NCBI GenBank assembly: GCA_030390025.1
Contig: CM059430.1
Coordinates: forward strand, 74,710,001 to 74,774,000
Length of the DNA stretch: 64,000 nt
DNA from: Squalus acanthias
Lineage: Eukaryota
Direction of reading: 5' to 3'
In this document: positions 37,064-48,859 of the stretch, piece by piece
How positions within the stretch are numbered: the first letter of the stretch is position 1
Layout: each line of letters begins with the position of its first letter
The notes under the pieces: generated by a model
Told to the model about the DNA's origin: nothing
Database searches by the model: none
The model's input: only the letters and a program-made list of their open reading frames with translations
Program-made: the position numbers and the translations under genes

Positions 37064-38692
37064 AGAAGTCGCACAACACCAGGTTATTGTCCAACAGTTT
37101 TATTTGAAATCACAAGCTTTCGGAGCTTACGTGGCCCCTTCCTCAGGTGAAGTGAACAAATACAGAATCGACAAAGCATATATAGATAGAGAACAATGCA
37201 TGTGTAACTTTCAATGGCAGACGACTACATTTAATTATCCTGACTGTTTATCTGCCGAGGTGTCACAAAAGGCAATCAGGTCAGCCAGGAAGGTACCACA
37301 TCAAAGACATAGCAAGATACAACTGAGACAATGAGGTGGAGTTACAGGGGGTCTAATGTGTCAAAAACTGCAGTCGGTATGTAAAACGATAAACTTTAAC
37401 ATTTTTACTTTTTTACTGGGAATCACATCTGTGAGTAAGCCAACGACGACTCGAGTCTGGAGCATGTCATGTATCGTGACATAAACCCAAGATCCCGGTT
37501 GAGGCCGTCCTCATGAGTGCGGAACTTGGCTATCAGTTTCTGCTCGATGATCTTGCGTTTGTCGTGTGTTTCTAAGGCCGCCTTGGAGAACGCTTTCCCG
37601 CTGATCCGAGGCTGAATGTCCTTGACTGCTGAAGTGTTCCCCGACTGGGAGGGAACACTCCTGCCTGGTGATTGTTGTGCGGTGTCCGTTCATACGTTGT
37701 CTCAGTGTCTGCATGGTCTCGCCGATGTACCATGCCGTGATGCATTCTTTCCTGCAACGTATGAGGTAGACAACGTTGGCCGAGTCACATGAGTATGTAC
37801 CATGTACCTGGCGGGTAGTGTCCTCACGTGTGATGATGGTATCTGTGTTGATGATCTGGCATGTCTTGCAGAGGTTGCCGTGGCAGGGTTGTGTGGTGTC
37901 GTGGTCGCTGTTATCCTGGAAGCTGGGTAATTTGCTGCGAACGATGGTACTTCTGAGGTAAGGCGGCTGTTTGAAGGCAAGTAGTGGAGGCGTGGGGATG
38001 GACTTAGCGAGGTGTTCGTCGTCATCGATGACATGTTGAAGGCTGCGAAGAACATGGCATAGTTTCTCCGCTCCGGGGAAGTACTGGACGACGTAGTGTA
38101 CCCTGTTGGTTGTGTCCCGTGTTTGTCTTCTGAGGAGGTCTATACGATTTTTTGCTGTGGCCCATCGGAACTGTCGATCGATGAGTCGAGCGTCATATCC
38201 CGTTCTTACGAGGGCGTTTTTCAGCGTCCGTAGGTGTCCATCGCCTTCCTCCTCGTCTGAGCGGATCCTGTGTATTCGCAGGGCTTGTCCATAGGGGATG
38301 GCTTCTTTAACGTGGTTAGGGTGGAAGCTGGAGAACTGGAGCATCGTGAGGTTGTCCGTGGGCTTGCGGTAGAGTGAAGTGCTGAGGAGTCCGTCTTTGA
38401 TGGAGATTCGTTTGTCCAGGAATTAAACCGATTCTGAGGAGTAGTCCATGGTGAGTTTGATGGTGGGATGGAACTTGTTTATGTTATCATGTAGTCTTTT
38501 CAGTGATCCTTCGCCATGGGTCCAAAGGAAGAAAATGTCATCGATGTATCTGATGTACAGTTGGTTGCAGGTCCTGTGCAGCGAAGAAGTCTTGCTCGAA
38601 CTTGTGCATGAAGATGTTGGCGTATTGGGGTGCGAATTTGGTCCCCATGGCTGTTCCGTGTGTTTGGGTAAAAAAATGGTTGTAGAAGGTGA
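37064..38692 (-). mobile_element. Penelope-like element (second family), 5'-truncated
   Basis: RT motifs GTAMGTKFAPQYANIFM and YIRYIDDIF; 277-aa ORF with thumb, CxxxxCxxC linker and GIY-YIG NVVYLIRC...WYIGETMQTLRQRMNGH. Confidence 0.95.
37110..37150 (-). ncRNA. Minimal type-I hammerhead ribozyme motif
   Basis: Minus strand: tcac CTGAGGA a ggggc cacgtaa gctcc GAAA gctt gtga. Stem I tcac/gtga, stem II with one G-U pair, palindromic AGCT. Confidence 0.8.
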
Positions 38693-38739
38693 TATATTTA
38701 CTTTGAAAGCGCTGCTCTCCCCTATTACTCTTTTGCACC

Positions 38740-39910
38740 GGTGTTTATCAAGCAAGAGGACATTGCGAAAGCTACGGTAAACGAAGCCTTGTTCAGAATA
38801 CTGCATGAGATAAAAATAGATAACGCGGTGGGACTAGAAAGGCTGCCAGAACTTAAAGTAAAAAAGTCACCAGGTCCCGATGGGATACATCCTCGGTTGC
38901 TGAGGGAAGTAAATGTAGAAATTGCGGAGCTGCTGACCACAAGCTTCCAATCCTTCATAGATACGGGGTGGTGCCAGACGACTGGAGAATTGTGAATATT
39001 ATACACTTGTTCAAAAAAGAGCTGAAAATATACCTTGCAATTACAGGCCTGTCAGTTTAACAGCAGTGGTGGGGAAGAACTTAGAATCAATAATCCGAGA
39101 GAAAGTTACCAGCCACGTGGACAAGTCTGCGGTCTCTCAACAGTCAACTTCCTCCAATAACTGTCCAATTAACCCGAATAAAGCAGCGCTAGCACGAATT
39201 TGTTAAGGGAAAATCGCCTTTGAATAACATGATTGAGTTTATTGAAAAGGTAACAGAGAGGGTGGATGAGGGCTGTGTAGTTGATTTTGTGTATATGGTC
39301 TTGGCAAAGGCCTCTGATAAAGTACGACATAATAATCTTGTCAGCAAAATTGAAGGTTATGGGATAAAAGGGGCAGTAGCAGCATGAATACAAAATCGAC
39401 TAAGAGATTGAAGACGAATTGTTTTAGTGAATGACTGTTATTTCGGACTGGGGGGAGGTATATAGTGCTGTTCCCGAGGTTTTAGTACCAGCACCACTGC
39501 TGTTTGTGAAGTACATTAATGTCTTGGATTTGGGTTACAATGCACTCTTCCGAAATTTTCAGATGTCACAAAGTTGGGAAGAGTATTAAACAGTGACGTA
39601 GTTCGTAATAGACTTCAAGAGGATATAGGCAGTTTGGTGGAATGGGCGAACATATGGCAGATGTAATTCAACGCAGAAAAGTGTTAGCTGACATATTTTG
39701 GTAGGAAGAATGAGGAGAGACAATACATGCAAAATGTACTATTTTGAAGTGTGCAAGAACAGAGAGACCTGGGGGTGCTTGTGCACAATTTTTTTAGGTG
39801 GCAAGACAGGTTAACAAAGCAGTTAAAAACAATGTCAAATACTGGGTTTATAAATGGATGCATAGAGTACAAAAGCCAGGACGTTATGCTAAGCATATAT
39901 AAAAAACGAA
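38740..39910 (+). mobile_element. Decayed CR1 ORF2 fragment
   Basis: KKSPGPDGIHPRLLREV, QRDLGVLVH, IEYKSQDVML. Confidence 0.88.
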
Positions 39911-40179
39911 GTCGGCCTTATTATCACTTGCTTTCTCACTCACAAACCTCCGCTAATGGGTTACATATTTCCACTATTTACACCATATCCCTCTCCCCTG
40001 TGCTTGCTGTAACCTATTGTAGTATATTCATATTATGTTGCATTTTTATCCCCACAGTAAATACAATTTCTTACTCATCTGCTCATCTTCCCAAGCTACC
40101 CAGCTACATTTATATTTGGCATTTATTTCCGTTCTTTCCTTTCGAGTTAAATTTGCTCTCAACTGCAAAGTTCTACAGC

Positions 40180-40185
40180 TTTATT
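40180..40185 (-). terminator. Candidate polyadenylation signal AATAAA
   Basis: First minus-strand AATAAA I found below the TM-exon stop (about 370 nt); a second lies at about 40122-40127. Motif evidence only. Confidence 0.3.
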
Positions 40186-40550
40186 TATGTGCCGATTTTC
40201 AAACGATGTATTCAGCCTGCAAACGTTAATGCAGCTGTCACTGATTACTTTGGAAATCCGCTAATATTGATAGATGAATCAAACTCTTGTTTTCCGTCTC
40301 TGGTTTATGCAATTAACAAATCTAGTGTTTTGATTGATTAAGGAATTTATATTTTTAGAGAAATGAAGACCGATCTAACGGCCATCAGCGGATCCACCAA
40401 CGCAAGAGCAAAACAATCGTTTACACTCTGCAAGCTGCGGTGAATTAATTCACCCAGTAGCAGTCGGCATATCGCTACATAATATTTCACCAACGTAGAA
40501 TGAATACTTGGAAATTGAAATCGTGATCGTTTGAAACAATAAATAATGCC

Positions 40551-40669
40551 TTACCTGCAAAGGAGGCTAGCCTTAAAATGTTCGGCAACAAGGAAAGATA
40601 GCAACAGAATTATTAAGAAACAAAATATCAACCTGGAAATCAAAGCAGCGCGAAGTCTGTAATCGGAAC
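40551..40669 (-). CDS. Transmembrane exon with intramembrane Arg and short tail: GSDYRLRAALISRLIFCFLIILLLSFLVAEHFKASLLCR*
   Basis: Acceptor ttttgcatattacag| at 40669/40670 (phase 1), hydrophobic run of about 22 aa. The end CAG|GTAAGG is both a phase-2 donor (exon end 40555) and an in-frame AGG TAA stop. Confidence 0.85.
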
Positions 40670-41599
40670 CTGTAATATGCAAAATTATGGACTTTGAGTT
40701 ATAAGGAGTGTTCTTCCGAAACATTACTCAATAAATGACGCAAATAAGGATGTGGCACAACTTAATACTTCCTTCCTACTTTGGGTATTTAATGAGATGT
40801 GAACAACTTTGTACTATGGGGAAATAAACATTTTAGTTGCAGGCTTGGAGCCATTTTAAAACGCATTATGCTTTCCTTTAAATGCTCAAATACTGAGGCA
40901 GGAAACACACGAACTTTATTCTACCTTGCCTGTTGGTTGTTTATAAATAGTTGATCGAGTGGAAAACTAGTCACAGGAATTAATCTGAAATTGGTTAAAG
41001 AGTTCGTAATATGCCATCGATCGATATACTACGTGCAGTAACAGGTTTGTTTAGTTCCAAAAGCGATTTCTTCTTTAAAGTTACGGCGTCTTAGCGCCCT
41101 ACTCAATATCTGCGAATGCGCTTTCTCTTGCAAAAACCGTACCATAGGCATTTCTTTTCTTTTCTCCGTGTTTCAATAAAAACAAAGAGGAATGTTGTTG
41201 CCTAACTATTTAGCTGTGGTGCTAAACTGTAACATTCCGATTTGACCTTTCCAGCATCGCACGCATCTCGAAAACAAATAAAACGATCTTAGTTTATCGC
41301 TAAAAATAAATCTTCTAATATCAAAAAACAATTAATTTTGTGCGAAAATATCGTCCAGTAATGAATTAGATTTCATCAAATAGTATGTAATATTAAAAAA
41401 AATATCATTTCAGAAATGTTTCAAAATTTGTTCGAGATCATAAGAATAAACAATAACGTTTCAGACAATAACTTTAAATGTGTTCTTATAACACGACGTG
41501 ACTCTGGGGAAAGTGTGGCATTTATCCCGAGGGATGTGTTTTTTTCCGGCAATTTGGTGCAACACAACGCACTCGCCCACTACCTGTATTCTACCAGTT

Positions 41600-44500
41600 T
41601 TGGAAATGTCCGTGCATGTTTTGCTCTTTTACCAGTGCTTCCCTTTTCTTTTTGTAGCATGGAGACCATAACTGTGAAACGTAGGTTAAGCGTGGCCTGC
41701 TCAGGGTCCTATACATGTTTAAATAACTTCATTACTTTTGAATTCTATACTCTAAGAAACAAATCTGTGCTTTGTTAGCATTTTAATTGTTTTTTCTGAC
41801 ATGCCATGCTGCTTCTAATGATTTGTTCTCCTGTATCCCTAGATCCTTTCGCTCTTCTACCCCATTCAATTAATGATTTTCCAACGTGTAGGTTAGGTTC
41901 CTGTTTTTCCAACCAAAGTGCATCATCTCACAATTATCTTACATTTTTTATGGTCAAGTTCATTCGCCACTTAACTGCAAGTTTTCTAATACCTTCTTGT
42001 ATTAGGTTGCATTCTTCCTGTGTTAGCTATACCTCCAAGTTTGGTATAATCTGGCAATTTTGATATTCAGTTAGTTATTCCTCAATCACAATCATTAGCG
42101 TAAATTATCAATATCATTAGCCCAAGGACTGATCCTTATAGAACACGGCTTTCTACCTTTCTCTAATCTGAATTACTACCCTTTACCCCATCTCTCGGCG
42201 TTCTATTTTTCAGTCAATTTGCTATCCATTCAGCTATTTTTCCTCTGGCTCCACATTCCCTAACGTTTGTCATGAATCTGCTGTGTGGTACGTTATCAAA
42301 CTTGTTTTTGAAAATCCAATATGTGACGTCTACTGCATTAACATTGTCTGCTCGTTTTATTCCTTCTTCAAAGAATGCTATCAGGTTAATTACCTTGCCT
42401 TAGACTTTTGGAATCCATGGTGTCTATTTTGTAGTTTATTATCTGTCTCTAAATGCGCTCTAGGATTGATTTTGTATAGATTCCAGTTCTTTTCCTATCA
42501 CTGACGTTAAGCTCACTGGTTTTGCACAACGATCGGTGCTGTGACGACTGTTGCTCACCATTTCTAAAAACGATTTGGACTCGGGAAGCAGAATTTCCAT
42601 TTCAAAATTTGCACATGACCTCAAATTGGGTGTGTACTTAATACGCAAGAGGACTGCGACAAAATACAGGAAGACATTAATTAACTTGCATAATGAGCGT
42701 GTAATTGGCAAATGAACTTCAACATAGATAAGTGCGAGGTAATAGACTTTTGCAGGAAGAATAAATGGGCCACATACTTCTTTGCAAATAAGTGTCTAAA
42801 TAGGGTGAAGCAGCAGAGGGATCTGGGGGTACAGATAGACAGATGACTAAAAGTAGCGAAGCAGGTTAATAAAGCCATATAAAAAGCAATCAATGCACTG
42901 GGGGTCATTTATAGAGGGATAGAATTGAAAAGCAGGTCAGTTATTTTAAATGTGTACAGAACCACACTTGGAGCACTGTGAACAATTCAGCTCTCCATAT
43001 TATAAAGAGCATATTGAGGCACTGGAGAAGGCACAAAGATATTTACGGGAATGATATCGCAACTGAGAGGTTATACCTATCAGGAAAGATTGAACAGGCT
43101 TGGGCCCCTTTCTCTGGAAAAGAGAAGACTGAGGGCTGACCTGATGGAGGTCATCAAGATTATGACAGAGTTTTATAGGGTATACGTAGAGGCGCTATTT
43201 CTTCTTTCAGGCGAGACCAGAACTAGTTGCCATAAATATAAGATAGCCACTGATCAATTGCAAAAGCAATTCAGGAGAAAGTTCTTAACCCAGAGAGTGG
43301 TGAGAATGTGGTACTCGCTACCAGAGAGAATTGTTGAGACGAATACAATAGAAGCATTCAATTAATGCTCGGTAAGCATTTGAGGGAGATAGGATAAGAA
43401 GGATATGTTGATGGTGTTAGATGAAGAGGTGTGGGGGGAGGCTTTTCTGGAGCATAAATACTCGCCAGAACCTGTTAGGCCGAATGGCTTGTTTCTGCGC
43501 TGTAAATAATTTGCAATTTTTTTAAAGTAGTGCGTCTGCTATCTCCTCTCTAAATTCCTTGAGGATGCGTGGTTGCATAGCCTCCGTATCTGCGGTTTTA
43601 TCATCTTTCAGTTTTCCTAGTTATTCAATTATTTTCTCCCTTTCTGTCCCAACTTTATTAATATTCTTGTTAACTCATCCTCTAGTGAATTGTCTATTTC
43701 GTTATCTTCTTCAGTAACAACTGAGGCGAAGTAATTATTCAATAGTTCTGCCATTTCTCTGTCATTACCCGTGTGTTAATCTTGCTCAATCTTTAGTGGC
43801 CCTATCCCAACTTGAAATTTAAATTTGTTGTTTGTATGTCTGTAGAACATTTTGTTATTACTGTTTATATTCCTTTATAATTTGATTTGGTAATTTATCT
43901 TGGTGTTCTTGCTGTTGTATTAACTTCTCTCCTCCTTATAGGGTTTTGACCTCCCCACCCCTATTAAGTACCCAATACTTCTTATCTGTCGTTTTCTTTA
44001 AGATTCACTGTTCGGGGCCTTACGGCAAATTATTGCCTCCAGTTCATCCAACATGTTTCAAGTACTACATACATTGCTATGCTAACAGTGTAACTTATTA
44101 TTTATCTCTCCTTGTTTTGATTATTTATTTTCTGTTTAAAGTTGATGACTTCATCCGATCTCTGGCCATTCGTGTTATCTTTATTCCTTCCTTTAGTTTG
44201 TCCTTTAATATATTTCCCTTATTCTTTTATTGTTAGTTTTCTGTAATTTCAAGCAGTTCCTTCCTCCCTTGTTATGTGTGTAAAGTATTATTTACAGCCC
44301 ATTTATCCTTTCCGATCCGACGTTGACCTGCTCGGTTGAGCTGCAAACCAGTCCAACGGTACAACTCCTTCCTGTCCCAGTACTGGTGCCAGTAACCCAC
44401 TTGCAAACACAAATCTTTTAGCCACGTGTTGACTTTCCTAATCTATTCTTCCCCGTGCCAATTTGCACGTGGTTCGGCAATAATCCAGATATTATCACCC

Positions 44501-45600
44501 TTGATGTCTTGCTTTTCAATCTTTCCTATATCATTGGTTCCGACATAGATTACAACAACTGGATCCCACCCCTCACTTTCCAAATTTTTTCCAGCCGTTT
44601 TCAGATGTCCCTTATCCTTGATCCTAACTGCGAAGTATACTATCTACCACTAATTATTAAAACCCTGCAACTATAACCATTCTACTCTACTTCTCCTCAA
44701 CTTGGACAGCCTTCAGCTCCACATTGTGTTGGTCGACATTTTAGTTGTCCTTCCCACAGTCTCACTTACTATCCTCACATGTATCGTGTAAGTTATACCT
44801 GTTGGGCAGCAGCACTGTCTGCTGGGTCTCCTACATCACCTCGCCAACGTTCCCATTACCCGGCAGACAGACAGTCACACTCTCCCCTTACTGCACCTGT
44901 GCTAGTCGTTGTTGTGTGAATTTGCTCTGAAGTAAATTATCCAATTATTCATCCTCGACCTCCTCCTTATTTGTCTCGAGGCAGCGACCTTTCTTGGAGA
45001 TGTCGCAGTCTGGGACAGTGTCGATGTCCGCAAACACCCTCATACTACAATCCCGGTACACAGCCTGCACTGCCATATCATTATTAATTAATTCATTGAT
45101 TTATTTGTTGGTTATACGTAGTTTATTTCTTTAAGTTTTTGGTCAATTGAAGTCTAGATTTATTAAATAGGTGGAGTTCGCTTATGTTAAATAAAACAAT
45201 ATTTTTAACGTGATTAATTACGTAGTTATTCATCAGTTATTAGCGTCTTTAAGTGCAGTTAGAATGTAATCACTGAACCCCTTTGATTTCAACTTTCTTT
45301 CAATAATATTACATTCTTACTAAGTCAAGTTTAACACAAACCAGGAAAGATAATAAACACACAAAGTGATATCTAGATACTTTCCGATATACTTATTTTA
45401 ATTTCTTCGAGTTCTGCTGCTTTCTTTGTGTGTTGATTATGACATCGCGTTTTCTATTTCCAATGTTGCGATTATTTACTTATTTACTGTTGCCCCTTGG
45501 TTTAAAGCACTTCGCACCTCTTTCCCCCTCTGAAACGAATTCACCCTCTCGACAAATTCCCGTTGCTGCTCTGTTTAGCAAGCCACTCTCTTCAGCATAT
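41600..45600 (-). mobile_element. Heavily decayed CR1 in the C1-TM intron, interrupted by a plus-strand CR1
   Basis: RT remnants 41600-42510, ORF2/ORF1 remnants 43520-45080 (cccagtactggtgccag as in ORF1 of other copies), AT-rich 5' region beyond. Confidence 0.75.
42560..43505 (+). mobile_element. 5'-truncated CR1 3' fragment
   Basis: ORF 43051-43365 YQERLNRLG...LEKRRLRADL...FLTQRVVRMW and a 3' UTR. Confidence 0.88.
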
Positions 45601-45808
45601 ACCCCCAGCACTGTTCGTATATATTAGTTAAGTACAACAACTTCCCATCGGCAGCCAAACTGGACTATACGAGACCAGGGCATCTCGGACAGCAAATTAC
45701 TGAATTCCACGTTTAACTTCGCATGTACGGTCCCCGGAATTTGGTGGCCGATTTCCACGTAAATAACGGTGAGCGCTCTTAATAAAGACTTACTCCTTGG
45801 CATCTTAC

Positions 45809-46118
45809 CTGGGTTACAATTGGAGAACAAATAAACAGCTAATTTCGGTGTCTGATGGGTGGGGTGAGATACCAAACAATTGTGATGGGTCCCTTTCTGG
45901 TCTGGCTGTGTCTGTTGCTGAATACTTGACGCTTCATATAGTCTTGCTGAGTTCAGCTGCCTTGTGGTTGTTATCCCGGTTGCAACGTTGCTTTTATTTT
46001 TGTACCAGCTGATGGCGATCGTCTCCGGATAAAAGTCAACCGTTTCACAAACGAGGAGGATAATTGTTTAAATTTCCGCCAGGCGTTATGGAGACAATCG
46101 TCGGGTTTGCTGGCGGAG
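45809..46118 (-). pseudogene. Ig C1-set domain exon with +1 frameshift
   Basis: Acceptor tcccctctgtag|, donor CCAG|gtaaga. Length 310 nt = 3n+1. Reads APPANPTIVSITPGGNL / TIILLVCETVDFYPETIAISWYKN...LYEASS...CLVSHPT...SNCNP with CxxxxFYP, W and CxVxH C1 hallmarks. The uncorrected frame stops at TGA 46047-46045. Confidence 0.92.
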
Positions 46119-46269
46119 CTACAGAGGGGATCAGGGAAAATCATATATACGTTCAGCATTTTACATTTATAACATTTTTATATCCCAATTCCAAATAAAG
46201 TGAGATAATTCATAAGTTGCATTTAACTGAATTGAAAAAAAAATGTACTTGACGGCCACCCTATACTTT

Positions 46270-46670
46270 CCCAAATGCTCAAGAAACAGCGGCAATAATG
46301 GAGCGGTTCTTCACAGCTATCACAAAAGTCTCACATACAGTGAATAATTTTCAAATGCAATCATCTCTGCGATGTGGGTAAATGATGCTTCAACCAGCAA
46401 ATTCAAACAATGACAGTGAGATTAATGACCAGTTCATTGTTTAAAGTGATATTGATTAGCGGAGGAATGGTGGGCAGAACACTTGGGGAACTGCTTGTTT
46501 TCGTTCCAGCAATGCTGTGGGTATTTTAACTTCATAAAGAACAGCAGGCAGGACATGGTTGGATTGTGACCTGAAATACAGCAGGTCCAACAGAGCAGTA
46601 ATCCCTCTCTACTGAAGTAAACAGCCCAGATTAATTGTTTAAATCCTACATAATAGCTTGACTCCAGAGT
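46270..46670 (-). mobile_element. Old tRNA-derived SINE (Deu-domain / SacSINE1-like)
   Basis: Recognised by resemblance to shark DeuSINE core sequence (aatgaccag...gggcagaacacttggggaact...gctgtgggtattttaac); similar decayed copy at about 55110-55315. Not verified by alignment. Confidence 0.5.
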
Positions 46671-46679
46671 CTTTTACGA

Positions 46680-47000
46680 ACGTACGAATATGCGAGACAT
46701 GACGGATAGATAAAGACCTTCTGGCTCACACACCGCACCAGACGGCAGCCTGTTCCAGAGTTCCACTATTCTCTGGAAAAAAAAGAGCCACCTCCTTGCA
46801 TCTAACCCAGATCAAGCGTGATACAACTTAGATTTGTTAGCCCTGGTCCAACCTAACCTATTTAATTAAAACAAACTGTCAACTGGAACAAAATGTGTTC
46901 CCTTCAATATCTTAAAATCCTCAAGCAGATCACCTGTATGTTTACGCTTCTCTAAAGTTTAGCGTCCAAACTCTTTTAACCTTTCTTCATCACCTTCATA
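46680..47000 (-). mobile_element. Decayed CR1 3' fragment
   Basis: gttccagagttccactattctctggaaaaaaa and cagatcacc resemble the FFxxRVVxLWN and RGDL 3' segments. Confidence 0.55.
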
Positions 47001-48335
47001 GCTTTAGGGGAAGACCGGCGTAAACTCCAGAGAAACGGGTAAAAACGACTGTTTTTGCCGTTTCATCAGGGTATCCGCAGATATTTAGTGCTGAAGGTAT
47101 GACGGAGAACACTGCATAATTTCTCCCCACAATTATTCAGAGAAAAACAGCTCGGATCTCCGCCAAGATAACATCATTAGCTGGATATGTGATTCACGCA
47201 GAAATGTATTCACTGTATAATCTGAGGAATTAAATACCCTCTCAGAGGATACTCCAGCAACTTTTTTTCTGCAAATTATCTCCTTCCAACTCACTGTTCG
47301 TTACCAACAGCGGTATGTGCCAATAACAAATTCAATTTACAGCTCATGCCATGGCCACTGCTTTTCATTAAAAAATGTTAAAGAAAAGTAGTCGCTTTAA
47401 TCTATAATCTATAATTAATTTAGCTGATTTAATTAATAATCTGTAATATTCATTAAAATAATTAGGAATATGAACAGCTATCGGAATTTTGGAGCGGCTT
47501 CAGTGGGGATAGAAACTTCAAACATCAGTGAATACACATCAATCCTAATGATTTCTTGTGAAGCTCTCAGCGACATATTGAGGATCCACAAGGTGCAGTT
47601 CAATCGATCTTATAATAATAAAGTCTTTATGCAGCAATTGCTGAAAATCGTAGTTTGTATCAGGTCCGGGATATGTTTAAACGTATTTCTCATTAATCTT
47701 TGAGAGATTGCGAGTTGCGTTGCTTTATTCACGGGACTGAGATGTGCCGTTTACTAAGAATCCTTAAATTACACGCGTCGTTTGGGGAATTTTCTATTAA
47801 CTACTTACACTGGAGAACGGCTGGAACTCATTTAACGATAACAGAATTTTTTGGGACCTGTTTGACATTACTGCTTCCTATCAGTATTAGAATTGTATTA
47901 GATCTCTATACTCGATTATTAAACGATCAAACTTTCAGCCATTAGGATCGCCAAAATGTACCGAATATGACATTTCTAAGAAACACATCATTACAAACGT
48001 ATTGCCAATCAGAGCGGATTCAGATAATTTGAGTCGAAACGTTATTAACCCATTTTCAAATTATTTCTGAATCTGCCTAACTTCGTCAGAGCTTCAATAA
48101 CAGAATACATTTTTAAAAAATATAAATATTGCTCTTCCAATTTATGATTACATCGTGTACGTTGAAAGCATTTCATTTAGAATTGTATCGTATATATTGA
48201 GGATTAATATACAGGTGACGAAACGCAAACGATCCACGAGAACAGGCATATAAGGCACCAATCATTCTGCATTACTTATTATTTTTTTCAGTTAAATGAA
48301 TTATCTGTGAGAGAAATCCCTGCAATGCCACCTAC

Positions 48336-48653
48336 CGTGGACAACAATCGTTGATCCAGTTCCGTTTCTGATTGTGTTTCTCTGTTGTTTGACTCCGCAG
48401 TAATACACCCCAGCGTCCTGGAAAAGGACATCAACGATCTGCAAGAAGCCCCGTCCTTTCCTCAAGAAATGTTGTTTCCTCGAGTCTGAGCTGGGTTGCA
48501 GAAATATACTTTCGCCGAGATTCCACCAGATAACATTCACTTCTGAAGTATCTGGAAAAGGAGGGAACGAACAAGCGAAGGTAATGTTTGCACCGATCGT
48601 CACAATCTTGTGTTGGGGGCTTTGGGACACTTTGAACACGGCATCGCCAAAAA
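48336..48653 (-). CDS. Germline-joined VJ-type Ig V-set domain exon (106 codons)
   Basis: Acceptor tttttcttccacag|, donor CACG|gtaggt, phase 1-1, open frame. VSQSP, B-strand Cys (ITFAC), C-strand Trp, DAGVYYC, and J-like GTGSTIVV in the same exon. Confidence 0.95.
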
Positions 48654-48774
48654 CTGTGGAAGAAAAATAAAAACATACAGACATCAATTAAACATATCAA
48701 TCCTGCCGGGAAATTGGTGATAGGCAGAGATATATAGAAGGATAGGAATGGACACAAAGAAGGATAAAAAATAC

Positions 48775-48829
48775 TTGTGTAGATAATCCCCAGGATCGCG
48801 GTGCACTGATGCACAGCGCGCACAGACAT
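48775..48829 (-). CDS. Leader (signal peptide) exon MSVRAVHQCTAILGIIYT
   Basis: ATG at 48829, 55 nt (18 codons + 1), donor A|gtattt, 121-nt intron to the V exon, in frame giving ...ILGIIYTIFGDA-VFKVSQSP. Confidence 0.85.
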
Positions 48830-48859
48830 ATTGAACAAAGGAAATAACTATTTTCCGCC

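Larger units (their letters stand above)
40551..48829 (-). other. Non-rearranging antigen-receptor-like IgSF gene (leader-VJ-C1-TM); C1 exon frameshifted
   Basis: Four collinear minus-strand exons with GT-AG boundaries, all joined in phase 1, preceded by a TATA box. Would encode 266 aa if the frameshift is corrected and the TM exon is terminal. Confidence 0.88.

Noticed and set aside
39751-40341. 196-aa plus-strand ORF
   Set aside because: Begins in decayed CR1 and continues into low-information AT-rich sequence antisense to the predicted 3' UTR.
48345-48378. CACAATC after the YYC codons as a possible RSS heptamer
   Set aside because: No nonamer at 12 or 23 bp spacing, and the frame runs straight into the J-like motif, so the exon is not a rearranging V segment.
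48301-48687. ORF-track 128-aa ORF as a single-exon gene
   Set aside because: Its ends are intronic (polypyrimidine tract and post-donor read-through); the real exon is 48336-48653.
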